A DNA stretch of 17,016 bases from Paraspadella gotoi (lineage: Eukaryota; Animalia; Chaetognatha), in NCBI GenBank assembly GCA_051294375.1, contig JBJCIZ010000291.1:1-17016 (forward strand), written 5' to 3'. Both the position numbers and the translations under genes were made by a program. Positions 1 to 11,689 of this stretch are shown here, one piece after another (within the stretch, counting starts at the first letter, position 1; each line of letters opens with the position of its first letter). The notes under the pieces were generated by a model. The model searched no databases and had not been told where the DNA came from. It was given only the letters and a program-made list of their open reading frames with translations.

Positions 1-94
1 TTTTAAATCTTTTTACCAGAGAGAGAGAAAGGGGAGTGAGAGTTAAAACCCGCAAAAATATAAATAGTCCGAAGATGGGCCGAATTCTCTTGTG

Positions 95-170
95 ACAGAG
101 AGAGAGAGAGAGAGAAACAGAGAGAAACAGAGAGAGACAGAGACAGAGAGACAGAAAGGGAAAGAGAGAG
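95..170 (+). repeat. (GA)n microsatellite with interruptions
   Basis: Direct inspection. Confidence 0.9.
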
Positions 171-298
171 AATGATGATAAAGGCTAAGAAACGAGGAGA
201 GAATAAAAAACTCGTCACAACAAAAAGGAAAAAAAATCGCGTAACGATTTCCTTGTAAAGAAAACAAAATCGACATTTCCCGGTTTTTTTCTTTTCTT

Positions 299-368
299 TC
301 GTCTTCGTCGTCTTTGTGTTTTTTGTCGTTGTTGTTGTCGTCGTCGTTGTTGTAGTCGTCGTTATTGT
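299..368 (+). repeat. (GTC/GTT)n trinucleotide repeat
   Basis: Direct inspection; source of the poly-Thr in ORF 3..407. Confidence 0.85.
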
Positions 369-405
369 TCCTCTTCGTCTTTGCCCTTTTGGTCTGTTTA
401 TTTTC

Positions 406-415
406 ATGACGTCAT
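406..415. promoter_or_regulatory. Perfect CRE palindrome ATGACGTCAT
   Basis: 10-bp palindrome matching the CREB/ATF consensus, followed by cgcgtgacgcgtga. Function is untested. Confidence 0.25.
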
Positions 416-2392
416 CGCGTGACGCGTGAAAATTCGAGGCTTTTTTTTTGTATTTTTAAATTTTCAATCTAATCTATAAACCATAAAGAATGGCTAATTT
501 TTTTTTTTCAAATTTGTTTTAATTATTTTTTTTTAAATTATAGAAAAANNNNNNNNNNNNNNNNNNNNNNNNNAGAGAGAGATTAAAATAATGGATGAGT
601 ATAAAAAATCCTTTAAAGAAGTAGGCGTCAACTAAATTTTTTTTCATAATTATTAAATTTTTGTTTCCGCTACAATAAGAAGATAGGAATTTTTCTTTGG
701 CCACTTTCCCGTACAAAAAAAATTTAAATGTACTATACCATTCAATTCCCTTTGATGATAGACCCTTAAGCTTATGATGATCATTTTTATCACTGGAGGT
801 CCCCTTAAGTTTTAACTTCAATATTGCGAAGATCTTTGCGCTTTTATTTGTCCTTCACGGCCGGCGTGCGAGGATAGTACGAACGTTCGTTTTGTCACCA
901 AGGACGAACTGATGCAACTTCAAGTTTCCAAGAGCACACCAGTCGCGAGATAAAATAATCGAGTCTTTATTGAACACGAAATTTCTCCGTAAATACCATG
1001 AGTTTCTCTCGAGCGAAACAGTTTTTGTGAGAATTCGCAAGACGAAAACTAACTCGATGGAAACAAATCATCTCTCGAAAACATTATGAGAGCGGGACGT
1101 ACTGACTGCCCGCGAAAATTATGACCCATAAAATGAATTGCAGATAATCTTTACAATAAGAATAAAATTATTCACTCTATTACCGCTTGCAAGGCATAAG
1201 AAAATAACAAACCTTTTCTTACAGTAGAATGACAATCACAAATACTATTGGCAGTGCTTTTGACCTTGGGGAATTAGAAAAAACAACAACTTTTTCCAAT
1301 ATTGCTAAATAATATCAACGAATTGATAAAAATTTAGCTCTAAGACAAAGTGGGCTGGACTAAACGGAATTAATTGACAATCAATCTGCTGCATTTTCTA
1401 ATCAAAGAAATCACATATCATTTTTGCTATCTTTTAATAGAGTAGAGTGGTAGGCAGAAAAGAGTAGAGGAAGAAGGAAAAGATGACACAGAAATATGAG
1501 GGTAGACAACGTTGCAGAAAGGGAGAAAAGTCACGAAGAGCAAAGACGAGAAAGGAGAGTTCGAAAAAAAAGTTCGAGAAAGAAAGAAAAACTAACGAAA
1601 AGGAGTGAAAAACAAAAGAAAAAAAAATTTTTATAATATTAGGCGTGCCATTTTTTTGCCAAAGCAAGTAGTATATCTAAAATAACGGCAACAGATCTTA
1701 CGACAATTTGATCTCTAAAAAGTTGCTCCCTTGCCTATGAAAAATATTTTTATTTTTCATCTTATTAAGGCGGATACGTAATACAGACAATGCATCTGTC
1801 TAAAAGCAAATACATTGTCTTACCGTATTCTTGAAAATCACAGAAATTCACGAACCACGTGAGATCTATGTTTATGAGGAAGAAAGATAAAGAATATATA
1901 TATAAATAAAGAGTGTTTCTAATATTTAACATCAGAGGGGAAAAAAGAAATAACTAGATTATTTAAGTTCCAATTTCATTGTTGAAAATACCGTATAAAA
2001 ATCACTGCCTATCTCAAATACAATTTCTTGAAGAAAAAGAACCGCCGGAGTCCGCGCGAACGCCATGATTCAGATGCCGCTCGGAGGCAGAGAGAAGAAA
2101 AGACTCGGCGGTGACCGAGGGTAAGAGAGAGAGATAGAGAGTAAGTTTGCCGGCTGCAGCTGCCGTGATCGATGCGACTCTGCGTCGGCGCGGATGCCCG
2201 GGAGACAGGGAGAAGGAAGAGGAAGAGGAGTAAGAAGAGCCTCGAGCGAGTAAGTCGAAGGCGGCGGGGGCGGGGGGGGGGCGGCGGGGGGGAGAAGCCG
2301 AATCGGCCCGCAGCGCGGCTGCTGCGACGGAAGAGCTGCGCTCGATACGAGGCCTTCTGAGTATACGCCATGGTTTCTCTGGGAGCAGAAGC

Positions 2393-2423
<31 letters not shown>

Positions 2424-2540
2424 TGAGTGAGAGAGAGAGAAGAGAGAGAGAGATGGAATCTGAAAAAGGACACTCAGCAAGAGACAGAGAGAGAAATCTC
2501 ACCACGCACCATTAAGTCGAGAAGTCGCGAACTAAATAAT

Positions 2541-2685
2541 ATGAACGAATGAACGAACGATGAATGAAGAATGAACGATTGAAGAATGAACGAACGATGA
2601 ATGAAGAATGCGAACGAATGAAGAATGGAACGAACGATGAATGAAAGAAATGAAACAATATGATGCGAATGAAACGAACGAATGC
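2541..2685 (+). repeat. Modular GAAT/GAAC repeat (gaatgaacgaacgatgaatgaa-type units)
   Basis: Alternating long and short modules; mirrored at 6275-6343. Confidence 0.8.
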
Positions 2686-2753
2686 ATAAATGCCTCGAGA
2701 ATTACCCGCTTGAATGAACGTATTGATGAAGCGGGAAGACAAATGAATGACCT

Positions 2754-2754
<1 letters not shown>

Positions 2755-2791
<37 letters not shown>

Positions 2792-2792
2792 A

Positions 2793-2866
<74 letters not shown>

Positions 2867-2910
2867 GAGAGAGAAGCAGAGAGAAAGAGAAGACGAAGAA
2901 GAGAGAGAGA
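2755..2910 (+). repeat. (GA)n microsatellite, imperfect
   Basis: Direct inspection. Confidence 0.95.
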
Positions 2911-3100
2911 ATCAGCGCCTCAAGAAAAAGACCAAGTGAGGGCGACAAACTGATTGAGCGATCTTCTCGTTATCGTGAACGAGTCGCCTTAACCTAATCT
3001 CTCTCACCACCTTTCACCACCTCACCCCACGCCACTACCCTTTCCCCTCCACCCTCCCTACCACCACTACTACCTACCCCCCTTCTCGCCGCTCGAGACG

Positions 3101-3265
3101 ACCGGAAGTGTTTCATTAGCGTCCATTCACGCCCACTGGCGTCGCGTCGCCGTCACCTAATGAAGTCACGTGACACTTTTTCTGCTTCGTCAAGCCACCA
3201 CGCCCACCGCCGTTGAGTCACGTGACACTTTTTCTGCTTCGTCGGTGACTTAAAAGTCACGTGAT
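3101..3265. promoter_or_regulatory. Motif cluster: ETS site plus three E-box/CLEAR-type palindromes
   Basis: ACCGGAAGTG at 3101-3110; GTCACGTGAC at 3165-3174 and 3217-3226 (inside a perfect 28-bp direct repeat, 3164-3191 and 3216-3243); GTCACGTGAT at 3256-3265. Two E-boxes are also visible in the right arm (~5515-5564). Function is inferred from motifs only. Confidence 0.4.
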
Positions 3266-3367
3266 CTCTCTAGAGCCCCGGGCGTCCCTCTCTTTCGTCG
3301 TCCTTCGTTTTTGTGAAGCTTTCGTCGAATCTTGTTACGTTTAAAACGGGAGGATTTAAGAATATCG

Positions 3368-3388
3368 ATTATTATATTATTATTATTA

Positions 3389-3426
<38 letters not shown>

Positions 3427-3474
3427 TATTATTATTATGTATTATTTATTATTATTATTATTATTATTTTATTG

Positions 3475-3505
<31 letters not shown>

Positions 3506-3556
3506 ATTATTTATTATTTATTATTATTATTATTATTATTCATTATTTATTATTAT
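3368..3556 (+). repeat. (TTA)n microsatellite with many small indels
   Basis: Direct inspection; mirror copy of 5286-5415. Confidence 0.95.
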
Positions 3557-3964
3557 AAGATGGAGATTTAAGAATATCGCTTTGGCTTTTGTGACATTCT
3601 CCGTTGTTACGCATTTGTGAAGTCACCGAAATGCCTTATTACGAGATTCAAGAAGAGAGTGCACGCGTCTTTCTTCATTTTAACTTCTTGCTTTCACTTT
3701 TCGCCTCTCAACCATAACAGCCCGACCCATCCCCATTTTTCTCTCTCCTCCAACAGACGGTTCTTTTTCCCTCGCCCACTCCAGCGCCATCGAGCGAAAC
3801 GGCGAAAAAAAAACAAAAATCCGTTTTTCATGCATGAAAAATTTGAAAAAAAAAGAACAAAACCAAAAGGAAAAGAGAGAAAAATGTTTCGAAATTAAAT
3901 GAATAAACATAAAATTCGTCGACTGGAAAAACAAAAGAAATAATTAAAAAAAACTCCCAGAACT

Positions 3965-4645
3965 ATCACGACACCGTAAACAACGACCGACGACAAAGAC
4001 GATGGCGGCGACGACGATGGCGACGACGAACGACGACGACAGACGACTGCGAGACTTGAATTAGTGAAAACACAACTTTGTCCAAGGAGGCAAAGCTCGA
4101 AGATTACAAGTAGAATTAGCACCGAAAATGAAGGTACCAAAACGATGACGAATGATGAGGATGATGACGATGATGCAGGATGAAAGACGATGGAAGATGA
4201 CGGAGACGATGAAATGATGACGATGATGCACGATAAAGATGATGAAGACTACGATCAATTCGACGATGGAGTAAGACCAACGAAAGCAGAGACAACAAAA
4301 TGACACAAGATGGCGAATGAAAAGCGATGATGATGATGAGTGTAAACAAATGATGTTGATAACAAAATGAAGAGTACGAACGACGGTGTATGAAAACGGT
4401 TGCGTTCAAAACGATGACAGCGATAAAATAGCGACAACGGACGATGTAGAACGACAATGACGACAAAACGACGGAACGATTATAAACGACGATGAAGAAC
4501 GACCCCGACGACGACTGATTGAGCACGACGAGGCCGTCGACGAAATTCCCCTTCCACATCTCGTTTATTTGTCGTCGTCGTCATCGTCGTCGTCTCGTCG
4601 TCGTCGTCTGTCGTCGCGTCTCGTCGTCCGTCGTCGTCGTCGTCA
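3965..4645. repeat. Degenerate (GAC/GAT)n region switching to (GTC)n
   Basis: GAC/GAT-rich on + up to ~4540, then GTC-rich at 4570-4645. Confidence 0.75.
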
Positions 4646-5086
4646 CGTATTGCGTCACCGACACGGAAAGGAAATTTAATCACCGAGAATTAATAATAAA
4701 AAAAATTCCTGAAATAATAATAAAAATGTGATTTCTCTCTCTCTCCTCTCCTCTCTCTATCTGCTCTTCCTCTCTCTTCCACTCTCTCTCTCTCTCTCTC
4801 TCTCGCTCTCTCTCTCTCATCTTTTTTTTTTGCTAAACAAACGAGTTTTTTTTCCAAATCCTGCGACGGTCCGAGCGCTGATTAATGCGCGGCCACTGGC
4901 GGCGATGTCTTTTTTATTTTGAGATTGGGGAGGTGAGGGAGGTGAGGGGTGAAGAAGAGGGGGTAGGGCGGTTAGGGCGAAAGGGGGGGGAAGGGGGGCC
5001 TGAATGATGAGGAGAAAAAACTATAAATCATTATTAATCTGAAAAAAAATAAAAAAAAATTGATCGAAAATGATCGAATAAATTGT

Positions 5087-6398
<1,312 letters not shown>

Positions 6399-6762
6399 NN
6401 NNNNNNNNNNNNNNNNNNNNNNNNNNNNNNNNNNNNNNNNNNNNNNNNNNNNNNNNNNNNNNNNNNNNNNNNNNNNNNNNNNNNNNNNNNNNNNNNNNNN
6501 NNNNNNNNNNNNNNNNNNNNNNNNNNNNNNNNNNNNNNNNNNNNNNNNNNNNNNNNNNNNNNNNNNNNNNNNNNNNNNNNNNNNNNNNNNNNNNNNNNNN
6601 NNNNNNNNNNNNNNNNNNNNNNNNNNNNNNNNNNNNNNNNNNNNNNNNNNNNNNNNNNNTCTCTCTCCTTTCATTTTCTCTTAAAATTTTAGTCGTTTTC
6701 TGACAAAATTAGCGTCGATTTCAAATAAAACTTGAGAACGTTGATAAATGGGCTCGTTAGCC

Positions 6763-7009
6763 TCGTCGTCGTCGTCGTCGTCGTCGTNNNNNNNNNNNNN
6801 NNNNNNNNNNNNNNNNNNNNNNNNNNNNNNNNNNNNNNNNNNNNNNNNNNNNNNNNNNNNNNNNNNNNNNNNNNNNNNNNNNNNNNNNNNNNNNNNNNNN
6901 NNNNNNNNNNNNNNNNNNNNNNNNNNNNNNNNNNNNNNNNNNNNNNNNNNNNNNNNNNNNNNNNNNNNNNNNNNNNNNNNNCGTCGTCGTCGTCGTCGTC
7001 GTCGTCGTC
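6763..7009 (+). repeat. (GTC)n microsatellite spanning an N-gap
   Basis: Pure GTC runs on both sides of gap 6788-6981. Confidence 0.9.
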
Positions 7010-7886
7010 GGTAAAGAGTTTCTTTCATTTCAAAATCGATTAAAATCGACGTAAAATCGAATAAAATTCAAAATGGTTCCGCAATAACGAGAAAAATTCT
7101 CTCTATCGAATTTTTATTTTAATTCTCGGTTTTACTTCGATCCCGTTTTTAACGAGGGGGTTTTCCCCGGATGTCATAAAAAGATGGGTTTTTTTTCGAC
7201 CCGGCTAAAAAGCGAGTCAGAAAGTTTGTCTAATGATTTTTTTCTAATAATTTTGTTCTAAGAATTGTTTTGTTTGTTTCGTTTGTTTCTTCATTTATAA
7301 AACTAAAACCAAACAATATTCAGCGAGTGAAAAATTAAACCATAGAACAGTTTCCAATTTCCTCCAACCCTGATCTCGTCGGGTTTTGAATCGATTCGCC
7401 GATTCCGATTCCGAATTCCAATCACGAATTCCATCGCCGCGCCATCTTAATTTCGCTCNNNNNNNNNNNNNNNNNNNNNNNNNNNNNNNNNNNNNNNNNN
7501 NNNNNNNNNNNNNNNNNNNNNNNNNNNNNNNNNNNNNNNNNNNNNNNNNNNNNNNNNNNNNNNNNNNNNNNNNNNNNNNNNNNNNNNNNNNNNNNNNNNN
7601 NNNNNNNNNNNNNNNNNNNNNNNNNNNNNNNNNNNNNNNNNNNNNNNNNNNNNNNNNNNNNNNNNNNNNNNNNNNNNNNNNNNNNNNNNNNNNNNNNNNN
7701 NNNNNNNNNNNNNNNNNNNNNNNNNNNNNNNNNNNNNNNNNNNNNNNNNNNNNNNNNNNNNNCATTAGAATTGTAATGGTGTTTGAATCCTTAAAGTTTC
7801 CCATAACGTAAATTTACTTTTTTAAAAATGTTAAAGAGCCTAAGAAGCCGAAGGGATGTTCCCCGTCAAACTCATATCCTTTTCAG

Positions 7887-8089
7887 CACTCCTAATCAAT
7901 CCCTTCAACCCCGCCACTCCCAACAGGCCTACATGCCGATCCATCACACCTACATCAGCCCGCGGATGGGCTCCACCAATCGCGACACCTACGGCGCCGG
8001 AGTGCGGCGCCACACGGGCGTCAGCACCTTCCACGATCGCGCCGTCGGAGGATTCAAGTATTGGTACGAGGACACCAAACCAATGCCGC
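7887..8089 (+). CDS. Internal coding exon of an unidentified spliced gene (TPNQSLQPRHSQQAYMPIHHTYISPRMGSTNRDTYGAGVRRHTGVSTFHDRAVGGFKYWYEDTKPMP)
   Basis: Pyrimidine-rich acceptor ctcatatccttttcAG (AG 7885-7886) and consensus donor GTAAGT at 8090. There are 67 open codons (7888-8088) with strong C/G-ending bias (tcc, cgc, cac, tac, atc, acc, ggc, gac), forming a GC-rich island in AT-rich flanks. The product is not recognised. Confidence 0.75.
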
Positions 8090-8606
8090 GTAAGTCGTGC
8101 CTGGAAACAGTTGAGAACGTGTGGCTACAGTTTTGAATCATGTCCTTGNNNNNNNNNNNNNNNNNNNNNNNNNNNNNNNNNNNNNNNNNNNNNNNNNNNN
8201 NNNNNNNNNNNNNNNNNNNNNNNNNNNNNNNNNNNNNNNNNNNNNNNNNNNNNNNNNNNNNNNNNNNNNNNNNNNNNNNNNNNNNNNNNNNNNNNNNNNN
8301 NNNNNNNNNNNNNNNNNNNNNNNNNNNNNNNNNNNNNNNNNNNNNNNNNNNNNNNNNNNNNNNNNNNNNNNNNNNNNNNNNNNNNNNNNNNNNNNNNNNN
8401 NNNNNNNNNNNNNNNNNNNNNNNNNNNNNNGAGAGAGAGAGAGAGAGAGAGTCGATGCCAATCGTAAACGACAGCTGCTCAGCCGTCGACGAGGAAACGA
8501 TTTTCTCGGAAATCCGTAAATTAAAAGAATTTCGCTCGAAGCTTAAAAAATGAATTACGAGCGGAAAAAATGAAAGATATAAGTCTGAAGAGATAAAAGA
8601 GAAACG

Positions 8607-8673
8607 AAATGGAAGGCGGTGATTGGCTCGTTTAAAATGGAAGGCCGTGATTGGATCGATTAAAAACCAATCA
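8607..8673 (+). repeat. 28-bp tandem duplication containing CCAAT boxes
   Basis: aaatggaaggcggtgattggctcgttta (8607-8634) and aaatggaaggccgtgattggatcgatta (8635-8662), 3 mismatches; a third CCAATCA lies at 8667-8673. Confidence 0.8.
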
Positions 8674-9342
8674 ACTTTATTCCTCGGAAATGGAAAAATA
8701 AAAGAGGCGGGGAAAGGGAAGGAAAGAAGAATGAAAAGAGAAAAAAGACGTTGATAAAGATGGTTTTCGTGGTTCTTGTCTTTAATACAATCTACTATAA
8801 TCTCATTTGCATTTTGCAGTGTTTTTAAAAGTTAAGAGTAAATGTCTTAAATGGCAAATAAAATGAACTAATTTCAATTTTTCTCCCTTTACCAAATTAA
8901 ATATTGATTTTTTTATATCATGGCTCTTTGTAAACATTTTCTTTAATCAATAGTGATGGATAAGTTAACATTTAAAAAACGAGTCAGCCTACGAAACGCT
9001 GGACAATACGTGCCTAAATAAATTTTTTATAAATTAATTATTACACGACGTCATCAGATTGGAATGTTACATTATTTGACTGCCGTGACTCGACCTTAAG
9101 TTACGGCTTAGTAATATTGTTAAATTGGCAGTGCACTGATATCACATCATGGATAGAAAAGAAAAGATGAGGAGCGGAGAAAGTTTGATTTTTTTTTAAA
9201 TAGGGAACGTATTATAAAATATTTAACAAAAATAATATGCAAAATATAATAAAATGACTGAAAAATTGGCGCACTAAAATCAAAGAGAAGTTATTAAATT
9301 AATTATATATTGAATTGAAGGTGAAAACAATATATATATATA

Positions 9343-9399
9343 TATATTGGTTGTACCAATTTCATATAATTTTTATATTGGTTGTACCAATTTCATATA
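9343..9399 (+). repeat. 26-bp direct repeat x2 (tatattggttgtaccaatttcatata)
   Basis: Identical copies at 9343-9368 and 9374-9399; an inverted copy lies at 9887-9920. Confidence 0.85.
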
Positions 9400-9728
9400 G
9401 TTAATGAGAATAATGAGATCCATCTGATCTATAAGATCCATAGGTTCGTCAGATTAAGGGAGCAAAACGGTATAAATTAATTATTAATAATTAACAATAA
9501 TTAGTTATTCACATCAATAAATTAGTCTTTAGTCAACATAAAAAGGCCGGTAAATATACGTAACTCCACTCGAAAAGATTCCCATATCCAATGGATGAAG
9601 AAGATAAAAAGATTAGAAGACGCAAACATAGTAGGAAGGTGAGTCACGAGTTTCTCATCCTTTAAAACGAGGTAAGGTTTGAATCGCTTCCTGACCCGGG
9701 AAAGGTATTTTCACTCGCGGCGAATCGA

Positions 9729-9730
<2 letters not shown>

Positions 9731-9764
<34 letters not shown>

Positions 9765-9765
9765 A
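9731..9765 (+). repeat. (GAC)n microsatellite
   Basis: Direct inspection. Confidence 0.95.
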
Positions 9766-10411
9766 ACTAACGACGACGGGAGATTAATTTAAGAGCGAAA
9801 CAGGAATGCGGTTTCCTATGCTTTCACTTAACCCTTGTCATGAAGTCAAAAAAATATTTAAAAAAAGCAAAATAATATATAAATAATATATAAAATTGGT
9901 GAAACCAATATAAAAATTATCCATTCATTTAATAAATAAGCTATCTTGCCCCTGACTTTGGACAGGCTTTGGTGGTTTAAGGCCTCCATCATTCTTACAA
10001 GACAATGAGATAGAATTTTTCTTCATGCTTTCAATGAAGACTTATTATAAAAAAATATATACCAATTTCATATATATAATATCACTACATAGGAAGACAT
10101 TATAATCGAGCTAAGTATTGTATCTAGTTTCTAGTGAACAAAACATCGATTTCCCCCATTTAACCACGTGAACTGTTAAATCCTTATAACGTCTAAAGGT
10201 GAACCGCTATCACCGTTTGAACCGTTTAAACCGTGAACTCGTGAACTTTGCCAAGGTCTCCAACTTTTTCGGTCTCACAAATCCCCGTGAAACTCGTGAA
10301 TCATCGTTTGTCCCTCACCTTCCCTCACGATTCACCCTTTTAATTTTGATGGACGACGTTTTTTCCTTCCCTTAAATTTGTTTTTCGTCGTCGTCATTGT
10401 CGTTGTCGTCG

Positions 10412-10451
10412 TCTTCTCCTCTTCTTCTTCTTCTTCTTCTTCTTATACTTC

Positions 10452-10483
<32 letters not shown>

Positions 10484-10484
10484 C
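10412..10484 (+). repeat. (TCT)n microsatellite
   Basis: Direct inspection. Confidence 0.9.
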
Positions 10485-10873
10485 CTCATTACGTATTTCC
10501 TTCGTCGCGTCTCTTGTCTTAACTGCCTTTTTTGCATTCAGCGTAGTCGACTTTTCATTTTGTCTTCGGCGTCGTTGTCATTACGCAATTCCAATCATTG
10601 TCATTGTCATCGTCTCATTTTCGTTGTTGTCATCGCCCCCTTCTTGGTGTTTCTTTTCAGTTTGTTCTTTGTTTATATTAATTCCTAGTTTTAAATGTCT
10701 GTCATTCTAGGGTGTTCAATACATCTCATAGCTTCATCTCGATGTAATTCCTGTGTAATTTCTAGAAGAGCATCTCGGTCCCTTTCGTCAATATGTCTTT
10801 GTCGCTATCACCGGCGCATCACTCTAAATTTCCTTGTCAAGATCATCGTGTCTTTGTCAAATCTCGGTCGAAA

Positions 10874-11234
10874 CTTCGCCGCTTTCTCCTCTGTTCTCCT
10901 CTTTTCTTCGCCNNNNNNNNNNNNNNNNNNNNNNNNNNNNNNNNNNNNNNNNNNNNNNNNNNNNNNNNNNNNNNNNNNNNNNNNNNNNNNNNNNNNNNNN
11001 NNNNNNNNNNNNNNNNNNNNNNNNNNNNNNNNNNNNNNNNNNNNNNNNNNNNNNNNNNNNNNNNNNNNNNNNNNNNNNNNNNNNNNNNNNNNNNNNNNNN
11101 NNNNNNNNNNNNNNNNNNNNNNNNNNNNNNNNNNNNNNNNNNNNNCTCTCTCCTCTGTTCTCCTCTTTTCTTCGCCGCTCTCTCCACTGTTCTCCTTTTT
11201 TCTTCGCCGCTCTCTCCTCTGTTCTCCTCTTTTT
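10874..11234 (+). repeat. 32-bp minisatellite (ctctctcctctgttctcctcttttcttcgccg) spanning an N-gap
   Basis: About 1 copy before and ~2.8 copies after gap 10913-11145. The unit length is not a multiple of 3. Confidence 0.9.
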
Positions 11235-11521
11235 ATAGCCAGGCAATACCGACGATATAATTTCATATTCTCCATATATATATCCACGTCGTCTCTTCAT
11301 AGACAATGAAATTTCCTTCCCGGTAGATTGAATAATTCTGTAGTGACGTAATTCCCCCATTCCATAAATAAGCTTAAATAATAAATTTTTATTCGATTTC
11401 GCCGCAAGATTCAGACTCTAAATTCTCGTTTAAATCTTTTAAGGCGACCTCAGTTTCTATGTTATGGTCGCCCACGTCTTTGAAACGGTCGTCGTTGTCG
11501 TCGTCGTCTTTGTTATCTATA

Positions 11522-11553
<32 letters not shown>
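11522..11553 (+). repeat. (TCG)n microsatellite
   Basis: Direct inspection. Confidence 0.95.
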
Positions 11554-11554
<1 letters not shown>

Positions 11555-11566
11555 GATTTTCATTAC

Positions 11567-11689
11567 CTTCGTCTTCGGTTGAAATCCTTCGCAAGATACA
11601 AGACTCCGGGCGCCAGTGAATCTTTCTCTCGCTACTAAATCTATTGTTGCCCGGCAGAGCGCCGGATCCGCCGCCGCCGCCGCCGCCGC
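11567..11689 (-). CDS. Candidate exon, 5' part hidden in the N-gap
   Basis: The minus strand ends in gaag|GTAATG. Two frames are open up to the donor (GGGGSGALPGNNRFSSERKIHWRPESCILRRISTEDE or AAAADPALCRATIDLVARERFTGARSLVSCEGFQPKTK), starting in a (GGC)n run. The acceptor is not visible. Confidence 0.35.

Larger units (their letters stand above)
2484..3772 (+). repeat. Left arm of long inverted repeat
   Basis: Reverse complement of all non-N blocks of 5087-6398 (6275-6398, 5915-6007, 5087-5567), in collinear order. Differences are mostly 1-2 bp indels plus one ~20-bp insertion near 3716. Confidence 0.92.

Noticed and set aside
3-407. 134-aa minus ORF with poly-Thr and SL repeats
   Set aside because: Translation of (GTC/GTT)n and (GA)n microsatellites; no domain or codon bias.
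855-1140. Complex-sequence block with ~60-codon open frames
   Set aside because: No recognisable motif, convincing splice pair or codon bias.
7440-7448. AAGATGGCG (YY1/Kozak-like) on the minus strand as a gene start
   Set aside because: The ATG frame stops after 7 codons and the upstream context is a gap.
8585-9453. Other CTGANGA boxes (8585 +, ~9051 -, ~9445 -) as hammerheads
   Set aside because: No helix II followed by a correctly placed GAAA and NUH site.
9670-9730. GGTTTGAATC as a tRNA/SINE B-box
   Set aside because: Imperfect match, no A-box at proper spacing and no cloverleaf.
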